DNA of 64,000 nt from Schizochytrium sp. TIO01. Taxonomy: Eukaryota; Protista; Bigyra: Labyrinthulomycetes. Positions 35,775-48,900 of the stretch are shown here, piece by piece (position 1 is the first letter of the stretch; every line of letters begins with the position of its first letter). Below the pieces are notes generated by a model. That model was not told the origin of the DNA and did not search any database. It saw nothing but the letters and a program-made list of their open reading frames with translations. The translations under genes and the position numbers were made by a program. The stretch lies in the NCBI GenBank assembly GCA_004764695.1, contig SMSO01000004.1, positions 1,364,001-1,428,000 of the forward strand, read 5' to 3'.

Positions 35775-37711
35775 TAAATCTGCTGGCACCTTGAAACGGG
35801 TGGCACCTTAGTCAGCTGACTATATAACATGTTTTGAAAAGCGACACCTCCCTGGAAATTGACCAGTGAAAAAAAAAGTTCTCTCAACAAAGAGCAACTA
35901 AAAAGCCTTTCGCAAAGCCGCTCCGTGGCCGAACCATGCTCCCGACAAAGGCACAAAAGAAGTTAGCTCTTGCGGACTATGAGAGGATCGGGGTTTCGTG
36001 GCAGCAGCAGCAGCAGTAGCTGTTAAATCCACTGCTAATTAAGGCGTTTTCGCAATAAGAACCTCGACTCGAACGTTTCTCACTTCAATAATTACTGCTT
36101 TTATATTGCTGAATTATCTTTTTGTTTTTGTTTCTCCAAAGCTCTTACCACATAACAATAGAATAAAATAAAGTAACTGGGAGGAATAATTGTTTTTAAA
36201 GCTGGCTTTTATTAAAAAAACAAAAAAACAAAAAAACATAAAACATAAAAAACTTGTATAAACAAAAAGCTCTCCTTGTTTCTGTTGTCGATAGGAAAAT
36301 GGTGAAATAGCGTTAAATTGTAAAAAACAATGTTCTTTGTATGACCTCTTTAGATTGGTACCGTGAATTTAGTTTCGACTCTGTCATTTGTCGCATAGCA
36401 TACTGCTTGCGCAAAATAATAGTTGATCCAAGCATTTTGATTGATTTTAACAAAATATTTTTGTGAGCGGAATAGATGGAAGAAGCTATGTGTTTTCCAT
36501 CTTGTCAAGTTACAAGGCACATAGATCAGAGGCATTGAACATCTGTAAAAGTGCCAAGGAAACGACCAGGATGGAATAAAAGTATGTTTGATTGTTTGCT
36601 TTTTTGAATCATAGGACCAGTTGAGGGCAAATATCTGAAATTGCAGTTCTGGTAAGAGTGAAAAGAGAGCATTCGTACAGCTAAAAAATTCCGAAATTCG
36701 AAAGCAAACGGGGACGGCTGTACCATTGGGTAGGTACTAGCAAATCAATAGAAGCAGAGGAGATTTAAAAATATCAACTTAGCTTTCATGGGTAAGTGTC
36801 TGCTTCGATTAAAACAATAAAAATAATTATAATTATTGGACAAAAATAGTTTATCTAGCTTGTCAAACTTTGAAGAAGGAAGGAAGATAGCTCGGCTGGT
36901 TGCTCTTATTAGCACAATTGTCCAATGCATCGTATGAAAGATACAGCAAGCTGACAAATGATGTTATATTAAAGGCAATCTCTTCTTGTATCTACTATTA
37001 CAGCTTAATACAAAGGATATTACTGTTGCAATTTGCAGATTATACGCACAGCTGTTCCAATGTATGGCTAGTGCCAGGCAAGTCCTCGGCTAGAGCTGAG
37101 TCAGTCTATCAGTCCATTTTCTTATTCTTTACGTTTGAAATTATTTTATATCTCGCTTGATTTTGTCGTGTAACCTCTATATTGTCAGTCTCAGATGAAA
37201 GGATAGCGCTTGACGTGCGTACACGGAATCCTTTCGAGCATCACTACGACAGCTTCTTTTGTTGCCCTCAAGCGCCTAGAATATCGAATCAATCCTCTTG
37301 TCATTTGTATATTCCTTGAAGATTTCCCAGTGAATCGCAATTGATCAGAAATTCAAAAGAATCAAGAGTCAGGTTTAAGAAACTTAACAATGAACTCGTT
37401 AACAGATGAAGTTTCAGGCTAAACCATGCAGAATAATACAAACATGGATTTCCTTGTTATTTAATCATACTTCTGTGAGCCTTTTTGTCAGCGTCCGCGC
37501 AGCGCAAATATTTATGCCCTTCTCAAGCACTGATGAACTTTTTAATTATAAAAGGAATAGTCTTTCTTCAATAATACACCTATTCCTTTAATTGTTAAAG
37601 ACATAGTAGTCGTATAGTTACCCCCGATCCAGAGCAAAACACAGGTTTCAGTACAACGTTGCCGGGGATATCGGCTCACTTTTGGAAGTCACTGTCCTCA
37701 ATGACCACACA

Positions 37712-37714
<3 letters not shown>

Positions 37715-37746
<32 letters not shown>
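37715..37746. repeat. (TGA)10 microsatellite
   Basis: Directly visible; explains the poly-His run in spurious ORF 37648..37884. Confidence 0.95.
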
Positions 37747-37982
37747 GTAAACAAAGAGCTTTAAAAGAAAGTTGAATACTTGAAGGGCGCCGAGGCGGGC
37801 GTTGAATAGCCATGAGATACTAATTATCAAGCTCTGGTCTATATTGTTAGCATTAGGAGGGATTTCATCATAGCTGCGTACCACTTTTTAGAATACGTAT
37901 CGCAGAGGTGACTCCTAGACTCTAGACGGCCACGTTTAGAGTTTGCTCTGTACATTACTTGTACTACTACCTATTGATTATC

Positions 37983-38092
37983 CAATTTGAGCATTCCACT
38001 TTCACTAAGTACTACTACTATTAAGCCCTAATGAGTATTACTACTAAGCCCTACTAAGTAACACTATTAAGTCCTACTCTTAACCCTTTAAG
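37983..38092. repeat. Degenerate low-complexity repeat of ACTACTA/TAAGCCCT-like units
   Basis: CTATTAAGCCCTAA, CTACTAAGCCCTAC, CTATTAAGTCCTAC, CTCTTAACCCTT in series. Confidence 0.6.
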
Positions 38093-40519
38093 TTCGTCAA
38101 ACACTATTGGATCCCTGAGGGCAGTGTGCGGGCAGCGCCGGTAAAGACTTCGAGGTATGTCAAGACTAGTGCCAATTAAGTTTGCCTACTGTAGCTAGTT
38201 CCCGCGTCATGACGAGACTCGGTGGCACGCTTCTCAGAATGGAAGTTTGCAACCAGCTTAACACCGGAATCTGCTGCCAGGTTCTTCGCACTGTCGAGAA
38301 TGTTCGATTCATCTCGCAATTTGTACTACCGCTGCAGGCCCTTGATCGCTAGGAATGCCTAAGGCTTCATAAGTCGCTTTAGCTAGGTTCCAGTGCGCCA
38401 CCATTCATTTTGGAATAATTTTGGAGACGGGCGCCAATGGCAGGATGAGGAAAACACAAGTCGCGGGAGTTTGCGTGCGATTGAGGTGGCTTGGACGACA
38501 TACCTTGGGATCACGGCTCGGCGGCAGGCGAGTCCCTATTTGTGTTTGCCATGGTTGATATTGTTGATAGGCCCATGCAATTGGTTTTCAAGATGTCAGA
38601 CAATAGTCTAAATCGATGATGCCTAAGCTGCGGGTGCGCATTCTGCTCGCATCGTTCGACCATCTTCATTTGCGATTGCGCTGGCCGCTTTTGAGCGATA
38701 GTGCTTGCCTTCATTCTTCTTCTGGCTAGTTTTAGGGACTTTTCCTTATGAAACAGTGACTAATTACTATTCCACCTATTTAATTATATATATATATATT
38801 TTTTTAATTTTTTTTAATAAAATTCAAGTTTAAAAAAGCGTTTATTTTTATTATTCCAAGTTAATAGTAATATTTGTAACCTTGAAGGTTCTCAAGTAAA
38901 AAGGTTTTATTCTATAAATTGAAAAGAAACAGAAGCATTTTTGCCCTGGTGAATCACTAAGAATATGGCTGATAAGTGAGGCTAGGAAAAAAGCTCAGAT
39001 ATGCCTAGGTCTTACATATTCCCATGCTTCAGAGAAACAGAATCAAGATTCGCACTCGTCTATTGGTGGCTCGATCCCTTTGTAAGAGAATTATTAAAAT
39101 CCTCGAAGTCCCTGACAGTCGAGCCCAATTTGGAACTTTTAAGGGCTTCGTTTCCAGTTAAAGGGCAAGTTCTCTGCAAAGCAGGAAGGTTAGGACATAT
39201 GATTAAATCTTTTAAATTTGCGTTACTAGTAGTTTCAACGTTTTCTTTATTTTAATCATGCCGTGAAACTCTTTGCAGATTAAATTTGTCATCCAAACTC
39301 TCGAACAGGTAGCTCGCATAGAAACAGCAAGAGAGGGGGAACAAGCAGTCGCCGTCCTTCGAAGCAGTTATACAGTGCTTATTTGTCACTAAACAGAAGC
39401 AGCTAGCGTACGATTTTCATCTATGTAATTTGGAGAAAAGTAGGTAAAGTCAGATAGGAGTTTATTTCTATATAATATACTAAGCCACTAGAACATTTTT
39501 GAACTTGAAGGTTCAAATGAGGTTGCATACATCAAGTCGGATTCGAAGGAATACTTTGGTGAGCGGAAGTTTACAACCAAAACAACTTGCAACTACTTGA
39601 AGCCACGAGCTCATTCCTTCTTACAAGTTAGTAAACACGTGAAATTCAGCACAATTCTGCTGGCGAAGAGCCGTGACGTTTGCTCAACTGCAGATGCTCT
39701 ACCTCCGCTCGATCGTAAAATCGATGCTTCTTTCGGCAGCGAAATTCCATGACTAACCTCAAACTCGCCTTTATTAATGTAATGCTTGTTGAACTGAAGA
39801 AGAAAACTCCAAAACAATCCAAATTAGAAAATAAACGTACTCGTACCTGGTTCAATAAGTTACGATTTTTTCACTCTCAGCAGTTTCTACAAAAGCTACA
39901 ATACATGCTAGAGGTTAGCTAGAGGTAGGGCGGCAAGGTAGCGATCGCCAATTTAAACTTCAGGCTGTAGATGTATCTAATTAAAAATGTACCCGAATGG
40001 CAAATTCTGCCTCCTTTTCTCTTAAAGACAAAAACCAAGGAAAGAGAGCCGCTAGGGCCAGCCTGAGGACGCATTTAAAACAGGATATTCCAATCTCATG
40101 AGCATTATCTAAGATGATCTTCTTTCAAGCCGCGAATTAAAGGTTTAAAAATAAAAAATGCTTGTATTCTGCTCGCTAACTGTTAGGATAAAATTGTTCC
40201 TAAGTTATAAAGCCTGTCCATGCTGGAAAGATACGCTAGATGTCCTTCGCTTCGATTTCATCTAACATAACCAACCTACAGCTTGGACAACAGAAGCCTT
40301 TCTTCAAATTTTGAATACTGCGGTTAAAAAAAAGGCAACTGGTTATTAACAGACTAGAACTCTACTAAGGTTGGCTTTATTTCATTTTATCCTGCGATTA
40401 CATTGCCATAAAAGTCGTTACGAGGTATCACTAATGACGGGCAAATATATTATAGATCTATCAAATTTTGAAAACAGAAATTTCGCTGCCATGCAGGACT
40501 TAGCGCCGAAATGGCAAAT

Positions 40520-40786
40520 ACAAACATCCTATACTAGTACTGCCCAGTGATGGGTGTTGCCACTGCTCCAGTATTTGCCAAAGAGGACAAACATACTATA
40601 CTAGTACTGCCCAGTGATGGGTGTTGCCACTACTCCAGTATTTGCCAAAGAGGACAAACATACTATACTAGTACTGCCCAGTGATGGGTGTTGCCACTAC
40701 TCCAGTATTTGCCAAAGAGGACAAACATACTATGCTAGTACTGCCCAATGATGGGTGTTGCCACTGCTCAAGTATTTACCAAAGAG
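40520..40786. repeat. Minisatellite, 4 x 67 bp near-perfect tandem repeat
   Basis: Unit CAAACATACTATACTAGTACTGCCCAGTGATGGGTGTTGCCACTRCTCCAGTATTTGCCAAAGAGGA; units start at 40521, 40588, 40655, 40722; no spacers between units. Confidence 0.97.
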
Positions 40787-41126
40787 AATCGAGACTGTCT
40801 ACCCAACTTTTGTCAAATATGTACCAAAACACATGGGATACGATGTTTGTAAAGGTAAAACTTAATTTTGATTTACACGAAGTAATCTATCGCACAAAAG
40901 GGAGCGTTTGAACGTAGAAGACGCAGATATATTTGATTGGGCAAAACCCAAGGTGGTGTATAAAGTATAAAGTAAAAGGGTGTTGAAAGATGTGAACACG
41001 CTCGCGGCAGCTAGAAGAAGTGCCTGTCATTACGACGTTGATATCCACTGGAAACATTACCAAGAAGTTGTAAAAACCCTCATATCCAACTGTTGCGCTG
41101 GCAAGAGTTAAAGTATTCACTCAGAC

Positions 41127-42497
41127 TTAGAAGCTTTGCTGGTAGCTCTTGAAGTTGCACTGGAAAGGGACAGTGCCAGTGCTGGTAAAGTCGTCCATAA
41201 GAGAAATGATATTTGCGGCAGTACCAACAGTGAGAAGGATTGTGGCATAAACAATGAACATCCAAAGGAGAATCTTCTCCCAAAGCGGAATTTTGACTCC
41301 GCGCTGTTTGCATGATAGGTAGTAGAAGTAGCAGGGAGCGTGGAAACCAAGAATAGGCGCGAAAAGAGAACCAAGGAGAGACACTAAACTGTCAAAGAAC
41401 GTTACACCGTTGGAGATCACGTAGGCGAAGCAGAGAGTGAAGAGCGTGATGCAGAACCAAACCAAACGACCGCGCCAACCCTTGTCCGTATGTGTGCTAG
41501 GGGAAATGATCATGTGCACGTTATTGTGAAATCCATAAGACATGATGAAATAGGATTCCACTAAGTGAAGGCAAAGGAATACAGCCGCAGTTGAGAGAAG
41601 GCCACCATCAGTACTGGGGTCGACTTCCTTAACGATCGAATCACTTGCGTTGATGCCACTGAAGCTATAAGCAGAGAGACCAACGAGCAGGTAGAGACCA
41701 ATTTGCACTGGGCCACTGATCAAAAACGACTTGTTGAATTGAGTGGAGTCCTCCATCTCGTACATCATCTCAAGGTATACGAAGCAGCCAACGTAGGAGA
41801 AAGTGATCTTAGACAAAGCTCCAAAGAATGAAATCCAAGTGATGTCATCAGGAGGGCCTGCTGTTGCGGTGTGGCGGTCCTCAGAGGTCTTCACATTAGC
41901 GTAGAGGTATCCAAGAACAAGGAAGATGGCAATAATAACACATGCAAAGTTGACCCAGAAAATCCATCGAGCTGACGTCAATGTACGCATCTGCACAGGT
42001 CCAATAAGAATAGCGAAAATAATCGCACCCCAGATCACATCACAGAACTCGACCCCCCAGAAAACAATAGCAATGGTTTGTGTGAGGGCAAGAAAGTAGC
42101 TTGCGGCGAGGAAGAGAAAGTAGATCAAGGTAATTGTTTTGAGAAAAATTTTGAGGGTCTCCAGAGGAAATGCCTTGTCGGCCATGTCACCATACGACCG
42201 TGAGTGAGGAAATGTCTGGTAAGAGTGAGAGAGAAGCATTCCCATGTAAATGCTGACGGGGCCCATAATAAAGACCAGAACAGAGGCCAAGGCATAACCA
42301 AGCTCGGCATATGCCATACCCATTGTAAGAACACCGACACCGACGATCTCACCAATCTCAATCATACCAACGGTGGGCCATTTCAGGTTGCCATGGGCTT
42401 CAATAGAGATGGAATCAGCCGGGTTGTTTGTGCCGGCAGTGCTGGTGCTCCTCTTTGAGTCCACCTTACTAAGGGGGTGGTCATTGGCTTCAAGCAT
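41127..42497 (-). CDS. AAAP/Aa_trans amino acid transporter, array copy 4 (B-type body), 456 aa
   Basis: NLKWPTVGMIEIGEIVGVGVLTMGMAYAELG, SYGDMA, FSYVGCFVYLEMMYEMEDSTQFNKS; closest to copy 2 in the membrane body. Confidence 0.93.
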   Translation of the reverse strand: MLEANDHPLSKVDSKRSTSTAGTNNPADSISIEAHGNLKWPTVGMIEIGEIVGVGVLTMGMAYAELGYALASVLVFIMGPVSIYMGMLLSHSYQTFPHSRSYGDMADKAFPLETLKIFLKTITLIYFLFLAASYFLALTQTIAIVFWGVEFCDVIWGAIIFAILIGPVQMRTLTSARWIFWVNFACVIIAIFLVLGYLYANVKTSEDRHTATAGPPDDITWISFFGALSKITFSYVGCFVYLEMMYEMEDSTQFNKSFLISGPVQIGLYLLVGLSAYSFSGINASDSIVKEVDPSTDGGLLSTAAVFLCLHLVESYFIMSYGFHNNVHMIISPSTHTDKGWRGRLVWFCITLFTLCFAYVISNGVTFFDSLVSLLGSLFAPILGFHAPCYFYYLSCKQRGVKIPLWEKILLWMFIVYATILLTVGTAANIISLMDDFTSTGTVPFQCNFKSYQQSF

Positions 42498-42554
42498 CTT
42501 GCTAGTGTTATAGTTTGAGTTTTCAAGATTGGTCTGCTTTTAAAGCTAGCAGAT

Positions 42555-42570
42555 GAGTTTCGGGTTTGCT
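42555..42570 (-). promoter_or_regulatory. Conserved leader motif upstream of permease copy 4
   Basis: GAGTTTCGGGTTTGCT, 58 nt upstream of ATG. Confidence 0.6.
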
Positions 42571-42840
42571 GTCGCTAGACTGGATCTCCTGAAAGCTCAA
42601 GTGCTCCGAATTTTTAAAAGTTTTTTAAAAAATATATTTTTAAAGAAAGTTTTTTCCACTCAGTTCGACACGCTCAGTCTATTTTCTTAGAGTAGTAAAG
42701 CCAACCGACGAGCAGGAAAGCAAATGCTTTAGAATCCTCTTCGCTGATCGGTTATTAAGCTTGTGGTTTCTAGAAGCTCACTATGCGAGATCGGAGGAGT
42801 AGTATTATTCAAGTTCAGGTTTTATTGCGAGCAAGAAGCT

Positions 42841-42909
42841 CGTTCGTTTTTGCTCGCTATCGCTCGTTTCCGCTCGCGAAGCGCGATTTGCTCGTGGCCC
42901 GCGGAAAAT
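42841..42909. promoter_or_regulatory. YGYTCG homotypic cluster upstream of permease copy 4
   Basis: CGTTCG 42841, TGCTCG 42851, CGCTCG 42861, CGCTCG 42871 (exact 10-bp period), TGCTCG 42889, followed by CCGCGGAAAA. Confidence 0.6.
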
Positions 42910-45900
42910 CAACTACTCTTTTCTACTGTCGCAAGGAAGAGTGAACCGGAATTCAGCTCTTTAGGATCGCCTTCTTCCGATGTTCTGGCTCGTATGAAAT
43001 GAAGGCATTTGCTAGAAGTCATTCTTTGGGAATATCCTAACTTTCCTAGCGTAGCTAAATATCGCGAGTACGGGAGTTCCCTGCGTGGAGGGAGTCGCTC
43101 TACAATTTTCGATTCAATAAGGTTGATATGAGCAAGGGCAGCAGTAAACATGAATATATATATCATCACAAGATACTAGGTGATGCGTAACATTACTTAT
43201 GGAATGCTTATTCTTCATACAATCAATAGGTTTATATATTGTCTTGGGCTTCAACTTGTAAGTTTCACGCTACAGCATGAGGAAAGCTATCCATATGCCA
43301 GTTACATCTCACAATCTACGGGCTTGGCCCGTAACAGGTTGTTTCTGGAGGTGACTTCAAGACTTCTCGAGGCCAATCATCGTCCTGCAAGCTCCTCCCT
43401 GGTAGGCAGCTTCTTTGTAAACTTTTAGTTCAAGTATTCTCACACTTCGCAGTCTGACCCGCAGCTCTTACGACCAAAGTTGACGTCAATTATTTGGTGC
43501 GATGCTTCGAAGCTTTGCAAACTTGCCAGCATCGGTTCCAGTTCTTTTCGTGATTATGATACTCTGAATCAACTTTCCTTCACCCCTCACGAGACGCAGG
43601 ATGGCCTTTCTCCTCGCTTGATTGCTCTGCTCGCTTCATTATTCAGAAGCGAGCGTGCAATGCGAAGCACGCCTTTCATCTTGCTTGCGTCCGCCCCAAC
43701 TATGAAGTTCGTCGCTTGTTCACGGCTCTTCCTCATGCCTCCAGCAGCCGCAGAGTACCATCATGGTGTATGTACCTATGTCTTTTACCATGGCTCGTGG
43801 CCCATCTCTTAGGCTCGCTGAGCCGTTCTAGGTACTACTGTGTTTTCCACTATGACTGACGATGCCCAAAGTGAAAGAAAACCACTTCGACCAGCTGCAG
43901 GAAACCTGCTGCAGGACTGATAATCACCCCTCCGCTTTATCATACAAGGCCACCCAAGAGACACTTTGACGCTTCGCAGACAGACCACGCGTAGACTTGC
44001 ACTTCGCCTCACCTAGCTAGAGTAGAATGCAGAATGCAACTATTTAAGAAAACTAACCACTCGAGATTCAAGATGTCCTGTGACACCTGCTTCCTGTCTT
44101 GCCTTGGCTCCGGTGTCATGATTGAATGAATAAATTATTAAACCATATGTGAATGGGTGTTCGAGGACTCTTCAAGTCTCTATCAGCAATGACCTCGAGC
44201 GATCGCTCTGCGTGCTGCGTGGCGGTATGAGGATCCTTTGTCTCCAAATCAAGGTGGTTGGAGTCTTCTGCGGAGAGCAAGAACTTGCGCGACCAAGCGA
44301 CCAAGCAACTAAGCAACCAAGCAGGCACGAGCTCCTGCCTATCAGCGCAACTTCCTGGCGCATGGTCCTGCTCGCCAATCTGCCAGAAGAGCAAAAGGCT
44401 CAGATGGATTTTCGTGGGCCACTTGGCGCTTTTGGAGCTTCCCTACGCTCCTCCTCCGCGTCGTACCTTTCACGAACTTTAAGTTGGCAGGAAGAGGAAG
44501 TCCTATTTACAAGTCAATCAATCAATTATTCAATTCCAATCATTCCTTCATAGGTCCCTCGGTTTTCTGCTCGATTTAATCAACTTCAACTTCAACTCGA
44601 GCAAATGGACTGCTTTGATTGTTCGTGGCTTCGGTTTTAAGCAAGCGACTAGGTAGCTAGGGCTTTGTATGCGACTAACACCTCGTTTAAGAACTATACT
44701 ATTTTCAAGTTCAACTAACCTGAAGAGAACAGAGCAATTCTAATAGAACGTGCAGAACCAAAGCAGTACTTGGAAGCTCTCAAGAGCGGTCATCTCCAGG
44801 AGTCGCTGTGGTCTCTTCTGGTGGCTTAACTCGGAGTCTCATCGCTTCGCTCTGGTTTTTCCTGCTGCGAGGATGAAGCTTCGCTGTTGATGGCCTCTTG
44901 CAAGTCATGAGTCGTGAAGACAAGCTAACAGCCTGGCTGTCGATAGGTAGTGGCGCAAGTCTGAGTTCTGCGCGTTTCTTGAAGAACAGATTTCGGCTAA
45001 GTTTCGGTTACTAGATGGTTTTTTCCATGTATTCAGCTGCTGTGCTTATAATTAAGAGTTTATGTACAATTCAAAGCTAATTACTTTTAGCTTTCCTTTT
45101 TTGGTAAGAAAAGCAAAAGGAAAGACTAACATGTTATTTTTAATTTAAAAAAATAAAAATATATACTTATATATCAATTTGAAAGAACAAGTAAGCACGG
45201 TTTGCACGAAAGCTTGTGGCTCAAAAGCGATAAGCAACCGACAACTCGCAAGGCGTTGCGCATTATTCAGATAGGACATGATACCTTGATCTCAAGCTGA
45301 TCAAACTTTGATTTGCATGTTTACTTTTGTAAGGCACTATATTTCTTGAATAAATTAGCAGCTGAGGCTGTTTACTGTCCTCAATGTCTGTTCCTGCAAA
45401 GCTTCCCTGTCTCGGTAAAATAAGCAAGTAAAACCCACGTATGGGCCATAATGCTATAGCGGCAAAAGCTTGCCTCAAGACGACGGGTTAGCAGGATAGA
45501 CAACTCTGGTGACTTGTAATTTGATTCTTCAGGAATTCGTCAGAATGAAATAAGTGCGTAACAAATCTTTCCTCAGACAGCCAGCGAATACGGCGCGGCA
45601 GCCCACCTTCGGCTCAGCTGCGGATGCATAGAAATGGCACGGCTTTGGAGCATTTCTGCCAAATTTGTAGCCAAACTTGCTTTTGTTTGTACCCTGCTCG
45701 CGCAAATCATTACGTGCGCTGGAGGCTGGAAATTATGTAGGCCTAGGCATACGGTAGTAGCTCGTCTTCCCTGCCTGCCCTTTTTCCATCATGCTGCAAG
45801 TTCGAGAGTTTCGGGTGATGCTTATGCAGAATCATTCCATTTGATCCAGGACGGAGGATAATAACATATGCTTTCTCACATTTCACCAAATAAGACTGCG

Positions 45901-48900
45901 ATAGACCATCTGTATTCCCAGCAGGGAGAAATAATCCAGCAACTTTCTAATGTAGGCAAATTTAAATCCTAGGATCTAGACAGTGCCAACTGGATTTGAT
46001 TCACGAGTAATTTATCATGCGCAGCATAGCGTAAAGGAACAAGACATCGGCCTCAAGGCAAATAAACATTTTGAACTACTTAAACCAGCTCTCTACTTTG
46101 TATGCTTTAAAAACAACCTCCATCAGATATCATTGCTCCAAAACGCAAGCAAGCTGCCTGAGCTATTTCGCAAGATGAGTCGTCGCTTCTAGCACGACGA
46201 TCACAGACGCTATGTATTCTCCACGTTCTTGATGACGAAGAGAAGACCTCGCTCTTCGCTTCAGACCTTCATTTGAAGTGTTCCTTTCTTCGAAAATGGA
46301 CACACTAGTACTGGGAACCCGTACGTACCCCGCAGATCGGCTCACGGCTCACCCAAGTCGGCTCAAGCGGGCCACTGCTAGTAGCAAGGCCTCAGAAGTG
46401 GGCCGTGGCCCACGAGTTGGCCTTAGCGTTGATAAGGAGGTCTTGACTCTCGTGGGACATCTTGTCGACACGAAATGCTGAGCTCCCAAATAAAGCTACC
46501 ACGCCCCTCATTACAAGTGCTGTCTTTAGCAAACTAGCAATATCTAAAACACAGTTAACGCAAAGCGCTGAGAATTTTGCGGCGAAAAGTGTTGCCTCAC
46601 GAAACCTCAGATTACTGCAAAGTTGTCCCTTTCCTTGCACTACGCAGCGTGAAACTAGGTCGGGGCAACCCTGCTCGTATTGGACGTGGCATTGCGGGGA
46701 GTTGCTGAAGAGAGCGCCTGATATAAGAGGTCTCGTTGAGCTGGTGAAGCGAAAAGGTGATGAATAGCGCAGCAATATTCAACTTTCTCAGCTCAGTCAA
46801 AACTCTCTTATGTTTTTTATTTTGATTAAGACCATCATGATGCCTGCCGCCGCTACAGTCGTGAACGGGAGCCGAATACCTCCGAAGGTGCCGGTTCTTT
46901 GATTTCTTTCCTTTTTGCTACGGAATTCTTTATCCCGAGCATGAAAGCGTTGACCTTGCGCCGGCATGGCAAGCAAAGAACATTGCGTCTTGCGGATCAT
47001 TTATCCCTAGTACGATCGACTGCAGCGACACGACAGCTCGCAGTTTTTTGCGGCTAGAATGGAAGAATTCAATTCCACCAACGAGAATCTCGGCAAAGTC
47101 CATTATGTATGTTTCAAGTACATGGCGTAGCAAGTACACTACTCACTAAATGTTTCTATTTTTTTTTTTCCCTTTCCTTTTACTGTTTCAACTAATCAGA
47201 GAACAAGGTAATGATTTCCTACTCGGAAGGCAGACTTACTCTCAGAGCAAAGTCAATTGGGTTGGCTTGAATCAACGACATTGCTACTTCGGAGTTGCTT
47301 TTCTTTTTTTTTGAGCTAATGCTTTGAACACAACACTTTACATCCTTTGATTGTCTGAGCTGCTGTTGCCCTTGGCCAGACTTAGTCTTCTCAATTGGAA
47401 ACAGTCAAACGAACTAACTATTGGGTAATAGCATTCGGGAAGTTGGACACCTTGGAGTTGCTTCATCTCGGCAGTACGGCGAGATCTTCCCAGGTAACAG
47501 ACAAGAAGAACAATATACCGAAGATGCCATCACAAAATCGTTGGCACTGCTGTTTCCAGGAAAGCTGTCCGAGAGATGCAGGTCCAGACTCTAGTCTTGG
47601 GCTTGAATTTATGAAGAATTTTAGTTGCCATTTTATAAGAAGATCAAGAAGGCTGGATGAAAAAGCTTACTTCAGACATTTCTCAGCATTGCATTGCAGC
47701 CAAGGAAATATCTCGAGACGTCCCTGATGATAGAATGAATGACTGCGATTTCAGAGGACAATTTCATGGGCCACAAGTGCTTGTATACTGTGTTTTGCTG
47801 CCGACGACCTATGGCTAAATGATCTTTTGGAGCTTTCATACCTCGAAGTAAGAGTACATCGTGTTTTCCTCGAGATGGATCACAGAGTGGCGGTCCCTTG
47901 TTTGCGAACTTCTATCTTAGATGAAGTTAGAGTTTATGCCTAGTCTATTTCAATTAAAGTTAAAGCTTCTGCTATTGCTCGAGGGCGTGAATCCTACTCT
48001 TGATCATTCTCTATGCTCAAAGTTATTTGATTGCTAATAAATAGTGTACACAGCTTCTCTATTTTGTTGTTTTATTCAATAGAATAAATTCCATTCTCAC
48101 GATTGCAGCAGCTGCTGCGCACATTGTCTACCAGAAACTTGAAGCAGGAGAGATCCTTGAATAAACCTTCATTAAAACAAGTAGTCAAGAGTTGAGCTGT
48201 TAATAGAGTGTTGGACATTGCGGAATGCTAGAAACTGAAAAAGGAAATTCGGGGCTTGTATATTCATGATATCCAATAAATATCAGTTCAACAGTCTCCC
48301 TTGAAAATTGAAACTTTTAGCAGTGAAAAAAATGCAACGTAACCTATAGCAAGATTTTGAATAGATATTCCCCGCTGCGGACCATTATCTTGTGCCGGAT
48401 TTGGGGGTTGCATAGTAAATTCGACTCATTGATAAACACTATTTCGGTTATATCTCAATAATTGCAAGCGACTCTCTCATGTGATCATTCAACCGAATCG
48501 GGAGCAGCTGTTGAAGGCAAGGCGTTTACCGCAATTCATTATAATTTTCCTGTGTTTCAAAAATTTTAAAAATTGAAATAAATAAGGTAGTAAGGTACTA
48601 ATGTGACTAGGTTAGGTAACAGTAAGGCACCTTACCTAGTCTTAAAAGTCAAACTAAAGAATTAAAGAGAGGTATGGTCAGCCAGAAAACGAGAGTCGCC
48701 TCAAATCAATCGTCGAATTTTTGCTCGTGAATGCTCGTGCGGCCGTAGCCGGCCGGAAAGCACTCCTATACGCCACGAGCGGTACCATGGCAAAAGCCGC
48801 CTCAGGCGAGCAGGCTCCTTGCAAACGCCCCGAGCAGTAGGAGCCGTCTTTTCTCAGCTTACATTTCCTGCTCGCACAGGATCGCAAGACTATTAAGCGC

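Noticed and set aside
37648-37884. Poly-His ORF; likewise the FVCL-repeat ORF 55046..55381
   Set aside because: Translations of microsatellites with no coding support
40520-40786. CRISPR-like array
   Set aside because: Units are contiguous with no unique spacers, there are no cas genes and the context is eukaryotic; it is a plain minisatellite
47875-47930. GSQSGGPLFANFYL on +, resembling reverse transcriptase motif B (Penelope/retron-like)
   Set aside because: No YxDD motif downstream and no extended frame; chance match cannot be excluded
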